A stretch of 64,000 nt of DNA, taken from contig OZ251529.1 of assembly GCA_965243125.1 (NCBI GenBank), positions 2,452,312 through 2,516,311 of the forward strand, written 5' to 3'. The translations under genes and the position numbers were made by a program. The DNA comes from Dehalococcoidia bacterium (GTDB taxonomy: Bacteria > Chloroflexota > Dehalococcoidia > Bin125). How positions within the stretch are numbered: the first letter of the stretch is position 1; each line of letters opens with the position of its first letter. Positions 18,005 through 27,471 of this stretch are shown here, piece after piece. Under the pieces are notes generated by a model. That model saw only the letters and a program-made list of their open reading frames with translations. It was not told where the DNA came from and searched no databases.

Positions 18005-19354
18005 CTAGAGCAGTTCTTCGCGGCGGAGGTCGGCGAGGGAGGCGGCGAAGGCGTTGATGGTGGCGTCGATCTCGGCGTCGCTGTGGACGCAGGAGACGAT
18101 TGCGCCCATGCCTATCAGGTCGACGCCGTGATTGGCCATGGCGCGGCGGAAGGGCCAGGCGACGGCCGGCGGCGTGGGTGCGAGCTCGGGCTGCGGGCCG
18201 CCGAGCGGCTCCCAGCTCCAGGTGACGCCGTCGTCGGGGCGGGGGAGGTCGGTACCCAGCGCGATATGCACCATCGACATGTCGGCGAAGGCCGCGCCGG
18301 GAATTTCGGCGCTGCGCAGGGCGTCGTTGAAGCCGCGGGTGAGGCGTTTGGCCTGCTCGGCGGCGACGCCGACGGGGTTTTCCTCGGCCACGGCGGCGAG
18401 GGCGCGCGCGCCGGCGGCGGCGCTGAGCGGGTTGGCGTTGAAGGTGCCGGGATGAGCGACGCGCTCCGCGCCCGCCTCAAAGGCGATCTGGTCGATCAGG
18501 TCGGCGCGTCCGACGACCGCGCCGCCGGGCAGGCCGCCGGCGGCGATTTTGGCGAGCGTGGTGAGGTCGGGGCGGACGCCGAGGCGCTGCTGCGCGCCGC
18601 CCTCGCTCGCGCGGAAGCCGGTCACCACCTCGTCGAAGATCAGGATAGTGTCGGACTGCTCGGTGAGGGCGCGCAGCTGCTGGGGGATTTCGGGCGGCAG
18701 CGGGCAGGTTCCCCACGAGTAGCCGGTCGGCTCGAGGATCACGGCGGCGAACTCGCGGGCAGCGAGCACGTCGGCGATGCCGGGGAGGTCGGTCTGGTCG
18801 AAGACGGCGATGGTTTCGCCGATCGCGCGGGAAAGTCCGCTGTCGCCGATTCGGCCGGCGGAGGTGCGGCCGCCGACCATCACGCTGTCGTTCCAGCCGT
18901 GGAAGTGGTTGCGCAGGCGGAGCAGGCGGTCGCGTCCGGTGGCTGCGCGGGCGAGGCGGACGGCCATCATCGTGGCTTCGGTGCCGGAGGAGGTGAAGCG
19001 GACTTTTTCGGCGCTGGGCATGAGGCGTTGGATGGCGCGCGCCCACTGCGCCTCGTAGTCGTTGGAGCCGCCCAGATGGGTACCCCGCGCGACCTGCTGC
19101 TGCACCGCCTCGACCAGATAGGGGTGGCTGTGGCCGAAGAGCAGCGCGCCGTGGCCCATCACGTAGTCGATCAGCTCGTTGCCGTCGACGTCCCACTTGC
19201 GCGGCCCGACGGCGCGGTCGATGAACAGCCCGAAGGGGTCGAAAAAGCGCACATCGTGGGTGACGCCGCTGGGAAACAGCTCGCGCGCCTCGGCGGCGCG
19301 CTCCGCCGAGGTCCGGTGCCGCTCGAAGAACTCGCGGTCGATGCTGGTGGTCAT
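18005..19354 (-). CDS. Class III (acetylornithine/GSA-type) PLP-dependent aminotransferase
   Basis: 449 aa with blocks 'DVDGNELIDYVMGHGALLFGH' and 'ILIFDEVVTGFR' typical of glutamate-1-semialdehyde aminomutase-like class III aminotransferases. Confidence 0.8.
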   Translation of the reverse strand: MTTSIDREFFERHRTSAERAAEARELFPSGVTHDVRFFDPFGLFIDRAVGPRKWDVDGNELIDYVMGHGALLFGHSHPYLVEAVQQQVARGTHLGGSNDYEAQWARAIQRLMPSAEKVRFTSSGTEATMMAVRLARAATGRDRLLRLRNHFHGWNDSVMVGGRTSAGRIGDSGLSRAIGETIAVFDQTDLPGIADVLAAREFAAVILEPTGYSWGTCPLPPEIPQQLRALTEQSDTILIFDEVVTGFRASEGGAQQRLGVRPDLTTLAKIAAGGLPGGAVVGRADLIDQIAFEAGAERVAHPGTFNANPLSAAAGARALAAVAEENPVGVAAEQAKRLTRGFNDALRSAEIPGAAFADMSMVHIALGTDLPRPDDGVTWSWEPLGGPQPELAPTPPAVAWPFRRAMANHGVDLIGMGAIVSCVHSDAEIDATINAFAASLADLRREELL

Positions 19355-19404
19355 GGTTCGCTCCGCCCGTTTGACATTAGCGTACGGCGCGTACCATCGG
19401 CTGC

Positions 19405-20091
19405 GTGGAGCTCACCCGCAACCGGATCATCCTGCTGGTCGTCGCCGCGCTGATCGTGGGCGCGGCGCTGATCACGCCCTACATCCTCTTCCGCGACGAG
19501 CTGCAGGAGTGGATCGAGACGGATGTCGCGGACTGGATCGAGCAGTTGGGCCCGTGGGGGCCGATCGCCTACATCGCGTTCTTCGCGGGCTCGATGCTGT
19601 TCGCGCCGGTGCCGACGGCGCCCGCGCCGATCATCGCGGCGACGGTCTTCGGCGGGGCGCTGGGCTTCCTTTACACGCTGACGGGCACGGCGATCGGTTC
19701 GGCGGTCTGCTTCTGGCTGGCGCGCAAGCTGGGGCGTCCGATGCTGCGGCGGCTGATGTCGCAGGGGGCGGTGGACAAGGTGGACGAGTTGGGCGAGCGG
19801 CTGGGGCTGCGGCTGCTGATCGTGCTGCGGCTGTTCCCGATTGCGGGGGTGGATTATGTCTCCTATGCGGCGGGGCTGACGCAGATGCGGTTCGGCATCT
19901 ACATCGTGGTCTCGGTGCTGGCGAGCGCGCCGATTTTGGGGATCGCGGCGGTGCTGGGGGAGGGCGTGGTGGGGGACTGGCGGCTGTTGGCGGGCGCGGC
20001 GGGCGGTCTGCTGCTGTTCTTCGCCGTCCCGCTGGGCTGGGTCTGGTGGCGTCGGCGGCGCGAGCGGCGCGATAGCCTGCGCGAGCCATGA
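19405..20091 (+). CDS. DedA/TVP38/SNARE-associated family membrane protein
   Basis: 228 aa, GTG start; hydrophobic profile and the 'RLFPIAGVDYVSYAAGLT' motif of DedA-family proteins. Confidence 0.7.
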   Translation: MELTRNRIILLVVAALIVGAALITPYILFRDELQEWIETDVADWIEQLGPWGPIAYIAFFAGSMLFAPVPTAPAPIIAATVFGGALGFLYTLTGTAIGSAVCFWLARKLGRPMLRRLMSQGAVDKVDELGERLGLRLLIVLRLFPIAGVDYVSYAAGLTQMRFGIYIVVSVLASAPILGIAAVLGEGVVGDWRLLAGAAGGLLLFFAVPLGWVWWRRRRERRDSLREP

Positions 20092-20672
20092 CGATCCAGG
20101 AGGCACCCTCGCTGCTGACGCTGCTGTGGTCGCCGCTGACGGTGGTGACGGCTAATGATGGCGAGCGTCGCGGCGGGCAGATCGCGGTTGGGGCGTTCGC
20201 CGCCTCGATCGTGCCGGCGCAGCCGCGGCTGCTGGTGCAGATTCAGAAGCGCAATCACACCAACGGGTTGATTGAGGCGTCGGGTCGGTTCGCGGTGCAT
20301 GTGATCAGCCGCGCGCAGTGGGAGTGGGTGCGGCACTGGGGCTTCCGCTCGCAAACCGAGGTGGACAAGTTTGCGGATGTGGGCTGGCGCGAGGGACCGG
20401 AGGGGCTGCCGATTCTCGATGGCGTGGTGGGCTGGCTGGCGTGCCGGGTGGTGAACCTGATGGACGGCGGGGATATGGCGATCTGGCTGGCGGATGTGTT
20501 CGAGGCGGAGCGTTGCAGCGGCGAGCAGCCGATTCGCTGGCACGAGGTACAGCAAATGCTGCCGCCGTCGTGGGCGGAGGAATACGGGCGAAAGCTGGGG
20601 CATGATGTGCCCGACTCGGCGCAGCTGATGCGGGAGTTGTCGGGGGATCCCGGCTGGCGGGTTGGGGGGTGA
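20088..20672 (+). CDS. Flavin reductase-like (FMN-binding split-barrel) protein
   Basis: 194 aa; 'LWSPLTVVTANDGERRGGQIAVGAFAASIVP' matches the flavin reductase-like domain. Overlaps the DedA stop by 4 nt. Confidence 0.7.
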   Translation: MTIQEAPSLLTLLWSPLTVVTANDGERRGGQIAVGAFAASIVPAQPRLLVQIQKRNHTNGLIEASGRFAVHVISRAQWEWVRHWGFRSQTEVDKFADVGWREGPEGLPILDGVVGWLACRVVNLMDGGDMAIWLADVFEAERCSGEQPIRWHEVQQMLPPSWAEEYGRKLGHDVPDSAQLMRELSGDPGWRVGG

Positions 20673-20679
20673 GGGGGCG

Positions 20680-20860
20680 TTGGTCCGGAGCTGGGGCGGC
20701 CGACCCCCCAGTCCGCTGCGCGGACAGCCCCCCTGCGTAGGGGGCGATTGGGAAAGGCGGACAGCCCCCCTCTCAATCTCCCCCCGCGACGGGGGGAGAG
20801 GCCGGAAGGGTCTCGCCGCGGCGGGGGAGAGGCCGGAAGGGTCTCGCCGCGATGGGGGGA
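20680..20860. repeat. REP/MITE-like element (family A) with a second hairpin module
   Basis: 'gccgaccccccagtccgctgcgcggacagcccccctgcgtaggggg' plus 'cccctctcaatctccccccgcgacggggggagaggccggaagggtctcgccgcg', the latter twice. Confidence 0.8.
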
Positions 20861-20941
20861 GGATTGGCGGCGGCGGCTTCTGTTTCGCGGCTTGTATCAT
20901 TGGGGCGGCTGCGGCTGATTGGCTGCGGTGCGCGAAGAGAG

Positions 20942-22162
20942 ATGAGGGTTGCGATGCCGAAGCTGCGGCAGATGGTCACGATGTTGCTGGTGTTCGTGCT
21001 GGGCGGAGTCGCGGTGGGCGGAGTGTTCGCGGCGACGCACGGCGGCGAGCAGGTGCGGATCGCGGCGCAGCGGCTCGCCGACGGGCGGGTCGAGGTGGCG
21101 CTGCAAGAGCTGTTGGCGGACGGGTCGTGGAGCGAGCGGGATTTGCCGGAGCGGCGCTTCGTGCCGGCCGACGCGCCGACCGGGCGCTGGCTGACCAGCT
21201 CGACGCTGGAGACAGTGGCTGTGATCGAAACCACAGCAGCGGTGGAGCCTCTGGTCTGCGTGGTGCATCACGGCAGCCTCGCGGACGAGTTCTGGGAGAA
21301 TTTGACGAGCAACGCGATCCTCTCGGGCGCCAACTTCGGGTTGTTCGTGACGGTCTACGGCAGCCCGGACCGGGCGGAGCAGGCGGAGATCATTCGGGAG
21401 TGCGTGGACGACGGCGTGGCGGGGATTGCGACCAGCGTGCCGAACGCCGACGCGCTGCGCGAGGCGATCCGCTACGCGCAGGACGCCGGCGTGTTCGTGC
21501 TGACCTTCAACTCGGGCCGCGCCGACGCGGAGAGCTTGGGCGTGGTGGTGCATGTGTCGCTGGACGAGGAGGCGGTGGGCCGCCACGCAGGCAACGCCTT
21601 CAACGAGGCGGGCGTGGAGGGGATCGTGCTCTGCGTCCTGCACGAACGCGACAACAGCGGCCTTGAGGAGCGCTGCGACGCGCTGGAGGCGGCCTACACC
21701 GGCGGCGCAATGGAGCGGCTCTACGTGGCCGGCGTCGAGGACATTCCGCGCTCGCAGGCGCAGATCACGGAGCGGCTGGAGGCGGGCGGCGTGGGCGCAA
21801 CGATGACGCTCAACAGCGCGCTGATGCTGCCGTCGGCGGAGGCCGCGCAGTCGGTCGGCGGCGATGTGAAAGTCGGGTCGATCGGCGTGCTGGAAGCGGC
21901 CCAGGCGGTGGCCTCGGGGCAGGTGCTGTTCGCGATCACCGATCAGCCGTGGTTCCAGATCGACTACACGCTGGCGAGCATGAAGTTCTACCTGAGCGCG
22001 ATTGCGCTGGGCCTGCCGCCGGAGGGGATCGCGCTTGCGCCGACCACGCAGATCGACGTGGAGCCGTTCGTGATCGACCTGGAGCTGGCGCGTGAAATGC
22101 TGGCGGCGATCGCGGCGTTCATGGCCGAGCAGTTCCCGGACGGCGTGCCCGGACGACAGTAA
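20942..22162 (+). CDS. Periplasmic-binding-protein-like (PBP1/LacI-type fold) substrate-binding protein with N-terminal membrane anchor
   Basis: TM helix (MVTMLLVFVLGGVAVGGVFA) followed by about 370 aa with an alternating alpha/beta PBP type-I-like pattern. The start is chosen at the Met after the repeat. Confidence 0.55.
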   Translation: MRVAMPKLRQMVTMLLVFVLGGVAVGGVFAATHGGEQVRIAAQRLADGRVEVALQELLADGSWSERDLPERRFVPADAPTGRWLTSSTLETVAVIETTAAVEPLVCVVHHGSLADEFWENLTSNAILSGANFGLFVTVYGSPDRAEQAEIIRECVDDGVAGIATSVPNADALREAIRYAQDAGVFVLTFNSGRADAESLGVVVHVSLDEEAVGRHAGNAFNEAGVEGIVLCVLHERDNSGLEERCDALEAAYTGGAMERLYVAGVEDIPRSQAQITERLEAGGVGATMTLNSALMLPSAEAAQSVGGDVKVGSIGVLEAAQAVASGQVLFAITDQPWFQIDYTLASMKFYLSAIALGLPPEGIALAPTTQIDVEPFVIDLELAREMLAAIAAFMAEQFPDGVPGRQ

Positions 22163-22169
22163 GGGCTGT

Positions 22170-22360
22170 CCGCGATCGGGAATCGCCCCCCTATGCAGGG
22201 GGGCGCCGCTTCCAGCGGCGGGGGGTCGGAACGGGCGCTGTGCTGTGCTCGGTGCGCCGAGCCGACCCCCCAGTCCGCTACGCGGACAGCCCCCCTGCAT
22301 AGGGGGGCGATTGGGAAGCCGCCCCCTCTCAATCTCCCCCCACGATGGGGGGAGAGGGGG
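22170..22360. repeat. REP/MITE-like element (family A)
   Basis: 'gtgctgtgctcggtgcgccgagccgaccccccagtccgctacgcggacagcccccctgcataggggggcgattgggaag...ctctcaatctccccccacgatggggggagagg'. Confidence 0.8.
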
Positions 22361-22485
22361 GAAGAGCGACGTAAGGAATCGGTAAGGGGTTGGGAATGAG
22401 TTTGCGCGGCGGCGGGCGGGGGTGCGCCCTCGCGGCGCGGGGGCGTTAGCCTTGCGGGAGAGCGCAGCGGCGCTGAGAGAGGAAG

Positions 22486-23610
22486 TTGACGATGCGAACG
22501 TTCCTGATCTCATTGGCCGGCGGCGGAGTGATGTCGGCGATCACCGCAGCCGCGATTCTGCTGACGACGGGAAGCAGCGCCGAGCCCGCGCGCCCCGCCG
22601 CGGAAGCGGCGGCGACGGCGCAGCCGGTGCTGGCGACGGCAACGGAAACGCGGGCGCTGCAGGACGCGCGGCCGCCGACGCCGGAGGTCGACGCGGCGGC
22701 GGCGGCGTTCGACCCGGCGGCGATCTACGAGCGGGTCGCGCCGGCGGTGGTGACAATCGGCGACGAGTTCAACAACGGCGGCTCGGGCTTCTTCGTCGAT
22801 CGGCGGGGGCACATTCTGACCAACTATCACGTGGTTGAGGCGGCAGGATCGATCTGGGTGCGGACCTGGGAGGGCGAACGAGTCAACGCCCAGCTGATTG
22901 GCAGCGATCCGGCGAACGACCTGGCCGTTATTCGGGTGGACGCGGACGAGGTAACGATCGCGCTGCTGGACTACGCGGATGTGGAGACGATGAGGGTGGG
23001 CGATTCGGTGGCGGCGATCGGCGCGCCGCGCGGGTACAGCCACTCGCTCACGACGGGCATCGTGTCGGGGTTGAACCGGCGGGTGGAAGCGATCATCAGC
23101 GGCGCGCGCAGCCACTATGGGATCATCCAGACCGACGCGGCGCTGAATCCGGGCAACTCGGGCGGGGTGCTGGTCGACGCGGCCGGCGCGCTGCTGGGCG
23201 TGCCGTTCCGGATTGAGAGCCCGATTCGGGCGTTCACGGGCGTGGCGTTCGCGGTGCCGGTGGACACGATTCAGCGGGTGCTGCCGCGCATGATCGCGGG
23301 TGAGGAGATTCGGCATCCGCGGCTGGGCGTGAGCCTGACGGAGGGAATGGAGCTGGCGGGCGTTGCAGACGAGAGCGCGGCGGACCGGGCGGGGCTGCGC
23401 GAAGGCGACAGGCTGTTGCGGATCGGCGGGATCGCGCTGGAGGACTTCGGCGACTTGATCGCGGCGCTGGAGACGCTGCGCTCGGGCGAAACGGTGAAGG
23501 TGGAGATCAACCGGGGCGGCGTGCTGCGCTGGCGCGATATCGAGCTGGAGCCGTGGCCGGAGCCGGTCGCCCGCAACGACGACGCGCAGTGGTGGTGGGA
23601 GCAGCGGTAG
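22486..23610 (+). CDS. HtrA/DegP-family trypsin-like serine protease with C-terminal PDZ domain
   Basis: Signal/TM N-terminus; His 'ILTNYHVV', 'GNSGG' serine motif (LNPGNSGGVLVD), then a PDZ-like region (GLREGDRLLRIGGIALED). Confidence 0.9.
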   Translation: MTMRTFLISLAGGGVMSAITAAAILLTTGSSAEPARPAAEAAATAQPVLATATETRALQDARPPTPEVDAAAAAFDPAAIYERVAPAVVTIGDEFNNGGSGFFVDRRGHILTNYHVVEAAGSIWVRTWEGERVNAQLIGSDPANDLAVIRVDADEVTIALLDYADVETMRVGDSVAAIGAPRGYSHSLTTGIVSGLNRRVEAIISGARSHYGIIQTDAALNPGNSGGVLVDAAGALLGVPFRIESPIRAFTGVAFAVPVDTIQRVLPRMIAGEEIRHPRLGVSLTEGMELAGVADESAADRAGLREGDRLLRIGGIALEDFGDLIAALETLRSGETVKVEINRGGVLRWRDIELEPWPEPVARNDDAQWWWEQR

Positions 23611-23621
23611 GGTTCCTAAGG

Positions 23622-24767
23622 TCAGGGGCGGGACTGATCGGGCGCGCCTTCGGCGGGCGCGTCGGAGGCCTGGCCGGCGATGGGGGAGAGCAGGACGACG
23701 AGGCTGACGGCGGTTGCGGCCAGGCCGATCGTGAGTAGTCCGTCTCGGGGGCCGAGCGCGTCGGCCAGCGCGCCGGCGATTAAGGCGCCGACGGGGATCA
23801 TGCCGCGGGCGAAGTTCATGAGGCTGACGGCGCGCCCGGCCATCGCGTCGCGCCCGAGCCGCAGCAGGGCGAGGTTGGCGAGCGACATCACATTGGTCGT
23901 GCAGGCCGCGGCGGCGAAGACGGCGAGCGCGACGAGCGGCAGGCCGGGAGCGAACGAGAGCAGCGCCAGGACGATGCCGGCGGCGACGAGCAGCGCGGCC
24001 ATGAGGCGTCCGGTGGCGGGCAGCTGGCGGACGACGGCGAGGATCAGGGAGCCGGCGACCGCGCCCGCGCCGCCCGCGGCCATCATGTAGCCGACCCAGG
24101 AGGCGTGCTCGCCCAGCTCGTCGATCACGAGCAGCGGCAGGAAAACGCCCTGGTAGGGAACGATGAAGATGAAGAGCAGGACGGAGACGCCGAGCACGGC
24201 GAGCGGTCGGCGGGTGCGAAAGGCCCAGCGGAAGCCTTCGCGGGTTTGGGCGAGCAGGGACGGTTCGGCTGAAGGCTGTTCGGCCGGGGGCTGTTCAGCC
24301 TGTTCCGAGGCGGCGCGGTCGCGGGCTGCAACATCGGCGTCGGCGCGGATCAGCAGGGCGGAGAGGGCGGCGGCGGCGTAGACGGCGGCCATCACGCCGT
24401 AGATCGCGGTGAAGCCGGCGAACTCGAGCAGCAGGCCGGCCAGCAGCGCGCCGCCGATGCGGGTGACGGTGTTGGCGGTCTGGGAGAGGGCGACCGCGCT
24501 GCGCATCGTGTCGGGCGGGGTGATGGCGGGCAGGATGGCCTGGCGCGCGGGCTGGAAGAAGGCGATGTTCGCGCCCGAGACGGCGGCCAGCGCGATCACA
24601 TGCCAGGCCTCGACCCAGCCGGCGGCGAGCAGGATGCAGAGCAGGGCGGCGGCCAGCACGTTGCCGAGCTGGGAGAGGATCAGGATGCGCCGCCGCGGGT
24701 AGCGGTCGACGATCGCGCCGGCGAAGACGCCGAGGACGAGATTGGGCGCCATGCGGGCGGCGAGCAC
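23622..24767 (-). CDS. MFS transporter. The ORF as called lacks TM1, which is encoded in-frame upstream without a canonical start codon
   Basis: The called ORF begins at a GTG 13 aa before motif A (GAIVDRYPRRR). My in-frame translation upstream (to about 24974) gives 'FRDFRILWAVIFLRSSALWLDQVARPVLIAELTGSALLLGA', which is TM1-TM2, up to a TGA. No ATG/GTG/TTG occurs in that stretch. Confidence 0.6.
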   Translation of the reverse strand: MLAARMAPNLVLGVFAGAIVDRYPRRRILILSQLGNVLAAALLCILLAAGWVEAWHVIALAAVSGANIAFFQPARQAILPAITPPDTMRSAVALSQTANTVTRIGGALLAGLLLEFAGFTAIYGVMAAVYAAAALSALLIRADADVAARDRAASEQAEQPPAEQPSAEPSLLAQTREGFRWAFRTRRPLAVLGVSVLLFIFIVPYQGVFLPLLVIDELGEHASWVGYMMAAGGAGAVAGSLILAVVRQLPATGRLMAALLVAAGIVLALLSFAPGLPLVALAVFAAAACTTNVMSLANLALLRLGRDAMAGRAVSLMNFARGMIPVGALIAGALADALGPRDGLLTIGLAATAVSLVVLLSPIAGQASDAPAEGAPDQSRP

Positions 24768-25001
24768 GGCGCCGAGCAGCAGGGCGGAGCCGGTCAGCTC
24801 GGCGATCAGGACAGGGCGCGCGACCTGGTCGAGCCAGAGCGCGGAGGAGCGGAGGAAGATGACCGCCCAGAGAATGCGGAAGTCGCGGAAAGCGAAGGGC
24901 GCGAATGCGCCGCGCGGGCTACCTGAACGGGGCGAACGCCGTTGAATGCGCGCCTCCCGGATCGCTCGGCCGGCTCAGCCGCTCTCTGGGCGCGAGCGCG
25001 G

Positions 25002-25712
25002 CTAGGGTGTTTCCTCTTCGGCGCTGGGCGAGGGGCGCATGACCTGGAGCAGCCCCTCGCGGCTGAAATCGGGCGACTTGGCGTAGTTGATGATCACGCG
25101 CTCGCGGTCTTCAACTGCCTGGGCGGCGTCGGCGACCTGGGGCGCGATTTCGTGCGGAATTTGGATCACGCCGTGTTTGTCGCCGTGCAGCAGGTCGCCG
25201 GGGGAGACGGTGAGGCCGCCGACGGTGACGGGCTGGCCGATTTCGACGATGTGGACGTAGGCGTGGGAGACGAGGATTTCGCGGGAGAAGAACTGGAAGC
25301 CGAGCTCCTCAACCTCGTCGAGGTCGCGGACGCCGCCGTCGGTGATCAGCCCGATGCCGCCGAGCGCCTTGTGGATGTTGCCGTTGACCTCGCCCCAGAA
25401 GGAACCGATCGGCGGCTGGTCGAGGTCCTGAATGACGATGATGCGGGGCTCGGGGATCGACTCGATGTGGGCCCACCAGTCGGGCGCGGCTTGGGTTTCG
25501 GGGTCGTCGCCGGGCGGGATGCCGGCGCGGATTTTGCAGGTGGCGGCGTAGCCGACGATCGGTTCCATGTCGGGGAAGCGGCAGAGGATGTCGGGGGTCA
25601 TGAAGCCGTAGGCGCGGCTGCGGATGTCGAAGGTTTCGATGGCGTTGGCGACGGCCGGGGAGGGCCAGGCGCGGAGCGCGGTGAGCTGGTCGGGGTTGAG
25701 GGTGTCGGGCAA
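25002..25712 (-). CDS. RraA-family protein (RNase E regulator / 4-hydroxy-4-methyl-2-oxoglutarate aldolase-like)
   Basis: 236 aa; 'GDLLHGDKHGVIQIP' and 'GGIGLITDGGVRD' blocks typical of the RraA/MenG-like swivelling beta/beta/alpha fold. Confidence 0.7.
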   Translation of the reverse strand: MPDTLNPDQLTALRAWPSPAVANAIETFDIRSRAYGFMTPDILCRFPDMEPIVGYAATCKIRAGIPPGDDPETQAAPDWWAHIESIPEPRIIVIQDLDQPPIGSFWGEVNGNIHKALGGIGLITDGGVRDLDEVEELGFQFFSREILVSHAYVHIVEIGQPVTVGGLTVSPGDLLHGDKHGVIQIPHEIAPQVADAAQAVEDRERVIINYAKSPDFSREGLLQVMRPSPSAEEETP

Positions 25713-25798
25713 GGCTCGTCCTGTTCGCTGTTCGGCTGTGTTCGGTGTTGTTCGGTTCTGTCCAGCTTTGTCCAGCTCTGTTCGGCGCTGTTGGGCGG

Positions 25799-26509
25799 CT
25801 AGGGGGAGAGGGTGATTTCGCGTTCGAGCGCGGCGGGTTCGAGAATCACGACGCGCTGACGGGCGACATCGAGGATGCCGCGCTGCCGCCAGGCCTGCAG
25901 TTGCTTGTTCACGGCGACGCGGCTGGCGCCGATCATGTTGGCGAGCTCCTGCTGGCTGGCGCGGAGGCCGATGTCGCGGCCCTGTTCGGTATCGCGCCCG
26001 TGCTCGGCGGCGATCAGCAGCAGGCGGCGGGCGAGCCGGCCGGGCACGTCGAGCAGGTAGGCGTCCTGGATGGACTGGTTGGTGGCGCGGAGGCGCTCAA
26101 CGAGCACAGCGATGATGGCGCGCTGGGCCTCGGGGTAGGAGTCGAGCACGGCGAGGAAGTCGCGGCGGCTGAGCGTGACCATCTCGGTCGGTTCCATCGT
26201 GCTGGCGGAAGCCGAGCGGGGTCCGGCGTCGAGCAGGGCCATTTCGCCGAAGATGTCGCCGGCCTGGTGGACGGCGAGGACGACTTCGCGCCCGTCGATG
26301 GCGGGGACGAAGATTTTGACGGCGCCGCTGACGATCACGTACATCGTGGCGCCGTCGTCGCCGGCGTGGAAGATGTCGGTTTGGGCGCTGTACTTGACCG
26401 GGCGCAGCAGGCGGCTGAGGTCCCGCCGCATCTCGGCGGGCACATCGCGGAAGAGTCCCACGCTCTTCAGCAGTCGATTGACGTCGGCGGGGTCGGCGGA
26501 TGCGGCCAT
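25799..26509 (-). CDS. Crp/Fnr-family transcriptional regulator (cNMP-binding domain plus HTH)
   Basis: cNMP-binding beta-roll (IFHAGDDGATMYVIVSGAVKI...GEMALLD) and C-terminal HTH (SQQELANMIGASRVAVNKQLQ). The start is chosen at MAASADP; the track ORF begins 138 nt upstream. Confidence 0.85.
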   Translation of the reverse strand: MAASADPADVNRLLKSVGLFRDVPAEMRRDLSRLLRPVKYSAQTDIFHAGDDGATMYVIVSGAVKIFVPAIDGREVVLAVHQAGDIFGEMALLDAGPRSASASTMEPTEMVTLSRRDFLAVLDSYPEAQRAIIAVLVERLRATNQSIQDAYLLDVPGRLARRLLLIAAEHGRDTEQGRDIGLRASQQELANMIGASRVAVNKQLQAWRQRGILDVARQRVVILEPAALEREITLSP

Positions 26510-26867
26510 GTCGTCCTCACAAGCGCGGAAGCGCAGTCTAAGCGCTGCGGGCCTGTTGTGGGCAAGTGCCGCTGGGATCCGTCGCCGGATGTATCGGCGC
26601 GGCTCACGCGGCGCGCCGATCGATGCGCGCGGACGAGGCGGCGTCAAGCTCGTGCCGGCGCTCGAGCGAGAGGGGCGCGGCGCGGCGTTCGGGCGGATCG
26701 AGTTCGGCGCGCCACCACTGGCGAAGCAGCCAGGCGGTGGCGAGTGCGGTAATCAGGATCAGGGCGATGGTCATGAGGGCTTCCTTTCGGGTGGGGGGCG
26801 GCGCTCGTTCGTGAACTTGCGTTCCGAACAATAATGTAGAACGGATAATCGTGGTCGGCAAGAGGGT

Positions 26868-26960
26868 GTGGACCGGCTGGTGGGGGGCGTCTGGTGCGCA
26901 GTGGGCGCCCCCCTCTCAATCTCCCCCCGCGACGGGGGGAGAGGTCGGAAGGGGAGTTTC
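26868..26960. repeat. REP/MITE-like element fragment (hairpin module 2)
   Basis: 'gcgcccccctctcaatctccccccgcgacggggggagaggtcggaagggg'. Confidence 0.75.
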
Positions 26961-26971
26961 GCAATGGCCCT

Positions 26972-27469
26972 CTACGTGGAGGCGCGGGCGCGGGTGATGG
27001 TTTCGGCGTGGTCCCGGAGGTGGGCGGCGGCGTTTCGCAGCCAGTCGACGGCGGTGAAGGTGCGGGCGTCGGGAAGGGGGCGGGGGATTGTCCACTCCGC
27101 CGCGGGAAGACGCTGGAGGATGGCGGCGTTGGACTCGGCGGCGGCGGCGATCAGGTTGAGCGAAGAGGCGACAGGGCGCTCGTAGCGGTTGGCCTGCTGG
27201 AACGCGGCCTGGTCGTATCGCCAGTATTCAAGTGCGACGTCGGCCAGCATCAGGCGCAGGCGGAGCGCGCCCATGACGGAGACATCGGCGGCGTGGTGGA
27301 TGTGCGCGCGGACGGTCCAGACGCCGTCTTCGCCGTCCTCCGTGGGCGCGTCGAGTTGCCGCTCGGAAGCTCCCTCAGCCGCAGCGATCAGCTGTTGGGC
27401 GGCGCGGCGATAGTCGGCGAGCAGATCGGCGTAGAGGCCGGGCTGTTCGGCGGACTGCTCTGCCGGCAT
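26972..27469 (-). CDS. DinB/YfiT-like four-helix-bundle metal-binding protein (DinB_2 superfamily)
   Basis: About 165 aa with 'VRAHIHHAADVSVM' (His triad context) and C-terminal 'AAHLRDHAETI'. The start is chosen at MPAEQS; the upstream part of the track ORF is Arg-rich noise. Confidence 0.55.
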   Translation of the reverse strand: MPAEQSAEQPGLYADLLADYRRAAQQLIAAAEGASERQLDAPTEDGEDGVWTVRAHIHHAADVSVMGALRLRLMLADVALEYWRYDQAAFQQANRYERPVASSLNLIAAAAESNAAILQRLPAAEWTIPRPLPDARTFTAVDWLRNAAAHLRDHAETITRARAST

Positions 27470-27471
27470 CG

